Positions 26,446 through 34,622 of a stretch of 64,000 bases of DNA are shown here, one piece after another (the stretch's first letter is position 1; every line of letters begins with the position of its first letter). The notes below the pieces were generated by a model that searched no databases, was not told the DNA's origin, and was given only the letters and a program-made list of their open reading frames with translations. The DNA lies in NCBI GenBank assembly GCA_028819005.1, contig JAPPMP010000032.1:11236-75235 (forward strand), given 5' to 3'. A program made the position numbers and the translations under genes. The stretch is from Acidimicrobiaceae bacterium. Lineage in GTDB: Bacteria; Actinomycetota; Acidimicrobiia; Acidimicrobiales; Aldehydirespiratoraceae.

Positions 26446-28626
26446 ATGGACCGTTTGCGAAACCTCGATCTTGGCCGTGTTGCGATCCTGTTGTTGCTGG
26501 TGATCGGCACCGCGGCGCTGTTTACCCGAGACCAGTGGGACTGGTTTTTCGCCTCGGACGAGCCACAGACGGAAGACGTCACCGCTCCTCAGATCGAAGT
26601 CGCCGATGTCGATCTGGCAACGGAGCGCTTGTACAGGGTCAGTCCCGACAACGGCTCTGAGGTCAGCTATCGGGTTCAGGAGCGGCTTGCCGGCAGTCAG
26701 CGGGTGACGGTGGGCGCCACAACGGTTGTGGCGGGCGACATCAAGGTCAATGTCGTCGACCCGAGCCTCTCGCACGTTGGTGAGATTGTTGTCAACGTCG
26801 AGATGTTCGAATCGGATTCGACCCTGCGCGACAAGAGGATCCGCCACGACTTCCTGGAGTCGACCCACTGGCCGTTCGCCCGCTTCGCCCCTGCGATGAT
26901 CGAGGGTCTTGATTCCGTGTTCGCAGACGGCGCCAGTTATGAGGTTTCGATCACCGGCGACTTGACCGTGAAGGAGACCACCCTCGAAGAAACGTTCACA
27001 GGCACTGTCACAGTCGGCCCCGACCAGCTCATTGCGTCGATGTCTGCGACAGTGCTGAGCAGCAGCTACGACGTCGGCCCCATCAACATCGCCCGTCTGG
27101 CACACACCGACGACGAAGTCGAGTTGCTCTTTGAGCTCGTCGCGGATCGAGTGGACACAGGTTCGTCTTCCAGGTCGGACTTGGAACGCGAGCTCCCCGC
27201 CTTCGAGGTTGCGGGTGGTGCGTTCGCCGCCCACGTTCAACCGATCCTGGAAACCCGATGCGTGTCGTGCCACACCGCGGGCGGCCCGGGTTGGAGCACT
27301 CTGGCCTTCGACACCGCGGGCCAGGCCGCCGAGGTGGCTGAAGACATCGCGCTGGTGACGCAGATTCGTTTCATGCCTCCTTGGCTGCCATCGGACCTGA
27401 GTCCGGCGTTCGAACATGACTGGTCGCTGAGCGATGAGGAGATCAGCGTGATCAACGAGTGGGCGAGGGCCGGCGGCGGGCTCGACGTCGCGGTCGACAC
27501 TCCCTTGGTCGCTCGGGTGCAGGCTGTGCTGCCGATCGAGGAGGACCAGAAGATTCCGCCACGGGACGGGCCCTACACGGGCTATTCCGATGCCGACGGC
27601 AATCCGGTCAAAGCTGACGACTACCGCTGCCAGGTCCACGAAGTCAGCGACCCCGAGGGCGACGGCAACTGGGTCAAGGGGTTCGAGTTCCGACCGGATC
27701 AGACCTCGGTGGTCCACCACGCGATCGTCTACAGAGTTCCTGCCTCCGCGGCAGCTGAGGTCAAGGCCAAGATCGCCGCCGAGGACCGGATCGAAGCCGA
27801 TTCGGGGCTTTCGGATGAACCGGGTTGGACCTGTTTCGGGTTGTCGGGCCTCTCCTCGCAGGAGGTCTATTCGATTCAGGGTTGGGCGCCAGGACAATCG
27901 CCGACCATCTACCCCGATGGCTACGGCGTCTATCTCTACCCGGGCGACATGATCGTCAACCAGATCCACTATCACTACGACCACGACACGCCTGCCGACG
28001 GTTCGTGGATCATCCTCGACACCGCCGATCCAGCCGAGGTTGCCGCGGGATTGACCCATATCACCGGGTCCTCGTATCTGACTCCGGCCGAGGTGCCGTG
28101 TACGCCTGAGGAGTCCAAGGCCGCTCAACAACGCGCTCAGACCATCGACGGTTACGTGAACCTCTGTGTACGTGAGAACGTGCTCAAAGAGATCGGCGAG
28201 AAGTACGACCAATTCGCCACCTTCATTCCTGATGCCCTGCTGCAACGCTGTGGGGGAACAGTCGACGACTACGACGACCTCGACGGCTCGGTCGGCTACA
28301 GCTCGTGTGACATGAGAGCTCGGAACCCGGGAACGATCCACACGGTGCTCGGGCATATGCACGAGTTCGGCGCGGCCTACCGGATGACTCTCAACCCCGA
28401 TACTGCCGAAGAGCGAATCCTGCTCGACATCCCGGTCTGGGATTTCGAGTGGCAGCTCAACTACGCCCCGATCGAGGACATCCGCATAGACACCTCAGAC
28501 ATTGTGCGGTTCGAGTGCTGGTGGGACCGCACCCTCAAGTTCATGCCGGAGCCTCGCTACATCACTTGGAACGAGGGAACGGTCGACGAGATGTGTTTCT
28601 CGTCGATCTCAGTCCTGCCCGACTAG
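26446..28626 (+). CDS. membrane-anchored fusion: YceI-like domain + single CxxCH heme-c motif + PHM/DBH-like copper type II monooxygenase domains
   Basis: N-terminal TM segment. YceI-like segment ('YRVQERLAG...GDLTVKETT'). Heme-c motif 'CVSCH'. Copper-ligand-like motifs 'VVHHAIVY', 'QIHYHYDH', 'GHMHEFG' and 'DEMCF'. Confidence 0.7.
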   Translation: MDRLRNLDLGRVAILLLLVIGTAALFTRDQWDWFFASDEPQTEDVTAPQIEVADVDLATERLYRVSPDNGSEVSYRVQERLAGSQRVTVGATTVVAGDIKVNVVDPSLSHVGEIVVNVEMFESDSTLRDKRIRHDFLESTHWPFARFAPAMIEGLDSVFADGASYEVSITGDLTVKETTLEETFTGTVTVGPDQLIASMSATVLSSSYDVGPINIARLAHTDDEVELLFELVADRVDTGSSSRSDLERELPAFEVAGGAFAAHVQPILETRCVSCHTAGGPGWSTLAFDTAGQAAEVAEDIALVTQIRFMPPWLPSDLSPAFEHDWSLSDEEISVINEWARAGGGLDVAVDTPLVARVQAVLPIEEDQKIPPRDGPYTGYSDADGNPVKADDYRCQVHEVSDPEGDGNWVKGFEFRPDQTSVVHHAIVYRVPASAAAEVKAKIAAEDRIEADSGLSDEPGWTCFGLSGLSSQEVYSIQGWAPGQSPTIYPDGYGVYLYPGDMIVNQIHYHYDHDTPADGSWIILDTADPAEVAAGLTHITGSSYLTPAEVPCTPEESKAAQQRAQTIDGYVNLCVRENVLKEIGEKYDQFATFIPDALLQRCGGTVDDYDDLDGSVGYSSCDMRARNPGTIHTVLGHMHEFGAAYRMTLNPDTAEERILLDIPVWDFEWQLNYAPIEDIRIDTSDIVRFECWWDRTLKFMPEPRYITWNEGTVDEMCFSSISVLPD

Positions 28627-28831
28627 CCGAAATGAACAATTCTTTCTTGCCCGTTCAGATTTTCACTAGGAACCCACCCCAGATATCTGCAAGCCATAGC
28701 CTTCGAGTGCAGGCTCCAACACCACACCAACGTCCCAGGCACAACCGCTAACCAAGTCCGATTTTTTGGAAATCACACCTAGGGTTGTGTACCGGACTCG
28801 ACCAACGACTTCATATCAAGGAGGTGAATCG

Positions 28832-30442
28832 GTGCGGATAGGACAAGATGCAATGAATGCTGCCCTCGGAGATCTTCGGGGACTCCGATGGAGCACCAAA
28901 TTCGTCTCGCTGTACGAGTCGTTCCTCGTGGCAAAGTGGTTAGAACGTCACGAGCGGTACCCGGGCCCGCCGTCGGTTGAGGATGCTAACCAAGCTGTGG
29001 CGGAACTGTTCGTCTTCGATCCCAGCCATGCGAATGGACGGCTGAGCGCGTTTCGTTACGACTGGAAGCTCGTTGACGCGTCGGGACGCAAGACCGTTTG
29101 GAACAACACAACTCGCTCCCCGACGGTTGCAACCTCAATCTTTGTTGATGGTGACATCCGTTATGGCCTCCGGCCTGATGCGACGATAGTCATGCGGCAG
29201 CACCTCCAACACTTGGAGTTGCCGAGCGCTCAGGCCCTAGCCTGTCTTGTTCTTAGAGATCATGACTTTCCGCCGACGGCGCATTGGGACGACGCGCTGG
29301 ATCTCCTCCGAGACTCCCTTGGCCTCGACGAAGTGGATCTCTCCCGGATCACGGCACAACGCGAACTAAGCCCCCGCTTGTTACTGTCGGGTACCGAGTG
29401 GTCGATTGCGGGACTGCCCGAGAGTCTGGCTCCTCCTTCGCTTGTGGCGGTAGCAGCACTGTCAGCGACCGGCGAGTCTGAAGACGACATCATCGTCAAT
29501 TCTCGGACGGCGCGAATGCTCCGAACTGCGGTCATGAATTTCGCGTCGGTCTTGCTCGTCGGCCCACCCGGGACAGGCAAAGGGCGTTTGGTGCGATGGT
29601 TGGCCGAGGAGGTCCGTATCAACCCCGTCAGCTTCGGTTTTGCCGAAGGAACGGACCCGAACCCGATGTGGAGGACTCCCGACGAGAGTTGGTCGGCGTT
29701 TGAGATGATTGGAGGCCTTGCGCCGAGGGACGGCGAACTTGCATGGTCTAACGGACTCCTCCTGAACAGCTTGGCCGAGCAACGCTGGCTCGTCCTCGAC
29801 GAAACAAATCGAGCAGATATGGACAAGATCATGGGACCGTTGCTCACGTGGCTTGCCGAGCAGGAGGTGGAGATTGGTCGAACCGCAGCTCACGGCGGAC
29901 ATCCGATCGTGCTCGGTTGGAGTCGCGAATCTGCAAACGCTGCGATCGACCCCTCTGGTGTAGGGGAACCAACCACCTTCGTTGCAGGGACGAACTGGCG
30001 TTTACTCGGCACATATAACCCACAGGACGCGCAGCGTGTGTTCCGCTTCGGTCAGGCTCTGTCGCGTCGGTTTACTACGGTACCGGTCCCGGCGTTGAGC
30101 CCGGGAGAGTTTGAGTCACTGCTCGTCTCGCGATTCCCGGGGCTGGGCGATGATGCCAAGGCGTCGATAATCGGCTTGTACTCGGCGCACCACGTTAGCG
30201 CTGAGACAGTCCTAGGACCGGCCGTGTTCCTGAGGATGGGATCATACCTGAGGAATGCCGATCCAACGCAGAGCACCGAGGAACTCATCGCAGAGGCTTA
30301 CGTGTTGTCACTCGGGAAGTACATAAGTTCTTTCGATGATTCTGACTTTGATGACCTTGGTCGCCGCGTCCTAGACGAAGAAGCGGTTCTTAGTAAGGCA
30401 CAATGGGATTGGGTGGAGGAGCAGAGGGAGATCCTCGGTTGA
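28832..30442 (+). CDS. McrB-family AAA+ (AAA_5) NTPase with unrecognised ~250-aa N-terminal domain
   Basis: GTG 28832 lies 7 nt after a perfect AAGGAGG. Walker A 'GPPGTGKG', Walker B 'WLVLDETNRADMDK', and McrB-like 'LLGTYNPQDA' and 'ALSRRF' motifs are present. Confidence 0.8.
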   Translation: MRIGQDAMNAALGDLRGLRWSTKFVSLYESFLVAKWLERHERYPGPPSVEDANQAVAELFVFDPSHANGRLSAFRYDWKLVDASGRKTVWNNTTRSPTVATSIFVDGDIRYGLRPDATIVMRQHLQHLELPSAQALACLVLRDHDFPPTAHWDDALDLLRDSLGLDEVDLSRITAQRELSPRLLLSGTEWSIAGLPESLAPPSLVAVAALSATGESEDDIIVNSRTARMLRTAVMNFASVLLVGPPGTGKGRLVRWLAEEVRINPVSFGFAEGTDPNPMWRTPDESWSAFEMIGGLAPRDGELAWSNGLLLNSLAEQRWLVLDETNRADMDKIMGPLLTWLAEQEVEIGRTAAHGGHPIVLGWSRESANAAIDPSGVGEPTTFVAGTNWRLLGTYNPQDAQRVFRFGQALSRRFTTVPVPALSPGEFESLLVSRFPGLGDDAKASIIGLYSAHHVSAETVLGPAVFLRMGSYLRNADPTQSTEELIAEAYVLSLGKYISSFDDSDFDDLGRRVLDEEAVLSKAQWDWVEEQREILG

Positions 30443-31653
30443 TTGATCCAGTTCTTCCGCGCTCCGGGCTTGATGAGTTGACCCGGGGGTGGATTGGCGA
30501 CGGAGACCTGCTCCGGGCCGTTGCGGCAAGCCGAACTGACGAGCACAGTTGGAGTGAGCGCGACGTTCGTCACCGCGGCCAGCGAAACGCGCTCGCTCAG
30601 TTTGCCGATGATCTTGTGAGATTGCCCAAGAGCGAACGCGAATGGGCCGATGCGTTGCCCGCGGAGTCGCGCGTGGCCAAGACAGTCTCGATGGTGCCAT
30701 CGGGAGGGATTCGATGGTCCGAAACAGCTCGTCGCCACGGCTGGCCTCCTTCGGCTTTCGCCCTACGGCACCGGAGTCGCGTAACCGACGAGACAGCGCT
30801 AGCGGCGCTTGCGTGGCTCGCAATGAGGTTGGACGAATTCAGGCGCGCCTGCCGGAGCAGTCCCACCCTGCTAAGACGGATCGAACCGCCGATCTCAGCG
30901 ATGTTTCGAGCCGTGGCGCATCTGGAAGAACCGAACCCGGTGCAACCCGACCGAACCGATTTACGCTCGTTGCGTTCCTCTGGGCAACCCTGGTCAGTGG
31001 TTTCGCGGATCGCTGCACTTGTGACGCGTGTTGACGATGATCCGGCATTTATTGCATTCGAACTCCTATATCCGGAGCCTGACTTGGCGTCCCGTCTCTT
31101 TCACCTGAACGTCTTCGGCGAGGTTCTACGAGCTCTCCGCAGCGCTGGATTCCGGTGTATGTGGCGATCTCCGATCGGAGGGGTACGCACTGGTCCGAGG
31201 CTCCAGTGCGTCGATACTCACGGCCTAATCTTCGACCTCTGGTTTGAGGCTGCTGGGTCGCGGAAGCACTACGCATTAGACGACGGTGCCTATGTACACG
31301 CGACCCGCAGTATCAGTGGCGCCGGTGGCCCGATCGGTGCTGATATCGCACTGGTATGCGAAGCCCGCAAAGCTGTCCTCCTGCTTGAGTGCAAATGGTC
31401 ATCCGACCCGTCGTATGTCGCGCGTGACGGGTTTCATCAAGCGGCGAGCTACGCTCTGGACGCACGGGACGGCTTCGCCGAGAGAGTCTGGTCATTCGTC
31501 GTCGGTCCCGCCGAGATCATCCCTGAGCCGAACGTGGCAACACGGTTGGAGGGCCGCTCCATCATCCTAGGCTCAGTCTCTTGCGATCATGTGCCCGCCC
31601 TAGTCACCGCCTTCGGTTCACTCAGCCCACTGGCAATGTCCATGTGGCGTTAG
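30439..31653 (+). CDS. McrC-like partner with C-terminal PD-(D/E)xK nuclease motif
   Basis: TTG 30439 overlaps the upstream TGA (TTGA); ATG 30403 is an alternative start. The motif 'GADIALV...(13 aa)...LLLECKW' gives D...ExK. Confidence 0.6.
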   Translation: MIDPVLPRSGLDELTRGWIGDGDLLRAVAASRTDEHSWSERDVRHRGQRNALAQFADDLVRLPKSEREWADALPAESRVAKTVSMVPSGGIRWSETARRHGWPPSAFALRHRSRVTDETALAALAWLAMRLDEFRRACRSSPTLLRRIEPPISAMFRAVAHLEEPNPVQPDRTDLRSLRSSGQPWSVVSRIAALVTRVDDDPAFIAFELLYPEPDLASRLFHLNVFGEVLRALRSAGFRCMWRSPIGGVRTGPRLQCVDTHGLIFDLWFEAAGSRKHYALDDGAYVHATRSISGAGGPIGADIALVCEARKAVLLLECKWSSDPSYVARDGFHQAASYALDARDGFAERVWSFVVGPAEIIPEPNVATRLEGRSIILGSVSCDHVPALVTAFGSLSPLAMSMWR

Positions 31654-32974
31654 AGAGCTTCTCCTTGGCCGCCGACACGTATGTCTGCGAAACGTCGAAA
31701 CCGATGAACCGGCATCTGTGATGTAGCGCGGCGACGCCGCTCGTGCCCGCTCCAACGAATGGATCAAGTACAAGGTCGCCAGCCTCTGTCGTCAGTGCGA
31801 TACACCGACCCGGCAGTGCCATCGGGAATTGCGCGCCGTGCCCTTCGCCGCCGCTCGACGTGTTCAGCATCCAGACATCAGAGAGCTTCTCGGACTCCCA
31901 CCCGTTGTTGCGTCCGCCGTATCTGGGTTCAGCCGTAATGTACGGAGCACGGGAGAATTTTGGCCTTCGCTGCCGCGTGAGGTGGATGACGTATTCGAGA
32001 TTCCGGCTCACTCGTGAATTCTGCGGCTCCGGGAGGGTCGCGCGCTTAGCCCATGTGATCATCGTCTTTACCCATAGACCTGTTCGACTGGCTCGCTCGG
32101 CGATCCGTGCAGGAATCATGCACTGCTCGCCATCCTTGAGGTAGGCGTGACCCGCCGAGTATCGCCTAGCGGGATGATCCGCCCAAGCTCGATGGTCCAG
32201 TCCTTGCATCGCGCGGAGCGCCTCGGCAGCGTTTCCCCGGATCTGAGTTCGAGTGTTGAACGAGTCCATGACATTCCACCAGATGGACCCGTCGGACGTC
32301 ATCTTTGGTGCCAACGCGACCAAGATCTCGACGGTGTGTCTGATGAATGCCTCAGGTGTCTGCTCGTGGCCGTATGCACAGATGTCACCGTCAGCCCAAG
32401 GAACTTGGCTGGAGTCTTCGTAGATTCGCAGACCCCAATAGGGTGTGGATGTGACGGCGCAGTTCACTGATTGATCAGGCACTTGGCATAGTAGGTCAAG
32501 TACGTGGCCTACACGAAGATCGTAGTTGTCTGGATTAGGGATCTCCGATACTTCTTGGTCGGACTCGGCACGCTGAGTCAGATGGTCGAGTATGCGGCTT
32601 CGAGGTACATACGTTTCGCAGAATGCGTCTTGGTCAAGAAGTCTGATGATGTCGTCGGCTAGGAAGTTGTCGCGCTTTCCTGTAACTCGGAAAGCGAAGC
32701 CAGACGAGAAGCCCACAACCGGTAAAACAAGGTGCGCTCCGAAGGACGACTGGCTTGAAGCGTACGCGGCGCGGTCGAGTGCCCGCACTGGTGTGCGAGG
32801 CTTAATATCTGGAAGCTGTTCTGAAACGGCGGCATCCGGCGATGGACTGCGGTCATCGCGTCCGTAGCGGTCGGGCGCCTGTACTGTTGTGTTGGTGTGT
32901 GTGCTCGGGCTTGACGGCAGTGCAGCGCCGGGTCCGGGCAGCAGACCGTCGTCGAGCGAGTCGTCTGGCATCAC
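31622..32974 (-). CDS. beta-class N4/N6 DNA methyltransferase with ~150-aa N-terminal extension
   Basis: Motif IV-like 'VTSTPYW' sits upstream of the AdoMet motif I 'DLVLDPFVGAGTSGVAA', preceded by 'GAQFPMALPGRCI'. The 3' end overlaps the convergent nuclease gene by 32 nt. Confidence 0.85.
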   Translation of the reverse strand: MMPDDSLDDGLLPGPGAALPSSPSTHTNTTVQAPDRYGRDDRSPSPDAAVSEQLPDIKPRTPVRALDRAAYASSQSSFGAHLVLPVVGFSSGFAFRVTGKRDNFLADDIIRLLDQDAFCETYVPRSRILDHLTQRAESDQEVSEIPNPDNYDLRVGHVLDLLCQVPDQSVNCAVTSTPYWGLRIYEDSSQVPWADGDICAYGHEQTPEAFIRHTVEILVALAPKMTSDGSIWWNVMDSFNTRTQIRGNAAEALRAMQGLDHRAWADHPARRYSAGHAYLKDGEQCMIPARIAERASRTGLWVKTMITWAKRATLPEPQNSRVSRNLEYVIHLTRQRRPKFSRAPYITAEPRYGGRNNGWESEKLSDVWMLNTSSGGEGHGAQFPMALPGRCIALTTEAGDLVLDPFVGAGTSGVAALHHRCRFIGFDVSQTYVSAAKEKLSNATWTLPVG

Positions 32975-33086
32975 GACCCATACCGTACTCAGCTACTATG
33001 GCGCTCTCGCGGATCACCCACTAGATCCGGCTTACGCGTGCCGAAATCGGTCGAATTCTAGGCGAGGTCCGTGGACTCTAGGCCGA

Positions 33087-34058
33087 TTAAGCTCGTTCGG
33101 TGAGGCGGTCGAGTCCCGCGCGGAAGAAATCGAGAGCGGTCTGCACGGCGTCGCCGGCGCCGACCAGCGCTGCGTAGGGGAGTGAAGCGCCGTTGAAGGC
33201 GGTCTCGTTCCAGTAGGGATCGCTGCGGTCCACGTCTCCCCACGCTCCCACATACAGGTAGGGCTCGTCGTGGGCGTCGTCGCCGGGTGAACAGCCGTAG
33301 GTGGCGCGCCCGCCGGCTTCGACGTCGCCGATCGCCGCGGCCGGGTCGAAGTGGCCGGGCCAGAGCTGGGTTCGTTCTGCGTCTACCGCACCGGGCGTGA
33401 CCCGCAGTTCTTCGAGCACCGCCCAGGAGAATCCGAACCAGTCTGCGAGGAAGGCACCGGTCGAGCCGGTGGCTCCGAGGTCGGCGTCCGGATCGCCCAA
33501 AGGCGGTGAGTCATGTTCGGCCGCGGCGATGCCCGGTTCCACGCCGACGAACTGAGCGGCGGCTTGCAGGCTGGTTATGGCGCTGTGTCTGACCTGTGCG
33601 CCCTGCTGAACCACCAGCAGGCCGTCCTGCACCCGGACCTGTTGGTCATCGCCGAAGAACGGGGTTCCGAAACCGCCTCGGGTGTAGCGCAGACCGAACT
33701 TTGTGTTGGAGCAGCGGCGGGCTTCGGCGACGACGGCATAGGCGAGCCGATGGTAGGCATTGCGAGCTTCGCGATAGCCGTCTGGAACCGGGTTGAGCGG
33801 CCGGTATGCGGCCAGCCAGCGTTCGGCGGCCCAACCGGCCAGTTCGGGCCGCTCTGCGACCACCTGGGCCCAGGTGCGGTCGGCAGCGCTGGTCGGACCG
33901 ACGGTTGCAGCTGCATCTGTAGGGATCGCCGCTGGATCGTCGGCGAAGAACGGCTCAGTGTGGTCGGCGGGCGGCGACGGCTCCAGGACCAACGCGGTGA
34001 CAGCTCCGCCGAGTTTGGCGCTTGCTTCAACCGCCGGGTTCAGATGTCGGACAGTCAT
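33087..34058 (-). CDS. hypothetical protein
   Basis: 323-aa ORF with high-GC codon usage like the core genome. No motif was recognised. Confidence 0.5.
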   Translation of the reverse strand: MTVRHLNPAVEASAKLGGAVTALVLEPSPPADHTEPFFADDPAAIPTDAAATVGPTSAADRTWAQVVAERPELAGWAAERWLAAYRPLNPVPDGYREARNAYHRLAYAVVAEARRCSNTKFGLRYTRGGFGTPFFGDDQQVRVQDGLLVVQQGAQVRHSAITSLQAAAQFVGVEPGIAAAEHDSPPLGDPDADLGATGSTGAFLADWFGFSWAVLEELRVTPGAVDAERTQLWPGHFDPAAAIGDVEAGGRATYGCSPGDDAHDEPYLYVGAWGDVDRSDPYWNETAFNGASLPYAALVGAGDAVQTALDFFRAGLDRLTERA

Positions 34059-34089
34059 GGGTGTGCTCCTTTCGCTCTGGCACGGTCGG

Positions 34090-34554
34090 CTAGGGCTTGG
34101 CTGTGTAGATCCCCTCGGTTATGAGTCCGTTGTCAACTCTGAGCTCCCACACGCTCGCTTTGGCGCAGCCGCGGTCGCCGGTTGCTTCGAGGCCTGCGCG
34201 CAACAGCCGGTTCAGCACGCTTGGAATGACGTCACCGTGGCTGGACAGTATGAGGTTGTCGGGTGCAGCGGCTTCTTCGAGGATCAGTTCCAGAAGCCGC
34301 GCAGAATCTGCTCCTTCGCACAGTTCGTCGCGAATTCGGATGTTCAGAGAGTGAGCCTCGGCCACCGGTTCGACTGTCTGCACGCAGCGGGTTGCGGGCG
34401 ACGACCAGACGGCTCGAACTGCGGAATCGGCGAACAAGTCGGCGATTCGCGAAGCCTGTTCGCGGCCTCGTTCGTCTAGGGGGCGCTCCATGTCATTGAG
34501 GCGCCAGCGGCTGCGATCCCCGGCTGAGGCATGACGAACGAGAAAGATACTCAC
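34090..34554 (-). CDS. histidine phosphatase family protein (SixA-like)
   Basis: 'IFLVRHASAGDR' RHG-type motif and a second catalytic His in 'LSSHGDVI'. Confidence 0.7.
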   Translation of the reverse strand: MSIFLVRHASAGDRSRWRLNDMERPLDERGREQASRIADLFADSAVRAVWSSPATRCVQTVEPVAEAHSLNIRIRDELCEGADSARLLELILEEAAAPDNLILSSHGDVIPSVLNRLLRAGLEATGDRGCAKASVWELRVDNGLITEGIYTAKP

Positions 34555-34622
34555 TGGACCAAGAGTTTAGGTGGTCCGCAATGCAACCTTGCTAGCGACT
34601 TTTTCGGCGAGGGCGACCGGGG

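Larger units (their letters stand above)
28627..33086. other. lower-GC three-gene island (candidate restriction/defence module)
   Basis: Hand-counted lines inside the island give roughly 52-63% GC, against about 65-70% in flanking core lines. An AT-rich 205-nt leader precedes the first gene. The gene content is a McrB-like, a PD-ExK and a methyltransferase gene. Confidence 0.65.

Noticed and set aside
28625-33047. Shared 8-mer GCCGAAAT near both island borders (about 28626 and about 33041) as possible target-site duplication.
   Set aside because: It is too short to be significant in 64 kb, is not positioned symmetrically at clear GC-content breakpoints, and no integrase or transposase is present.
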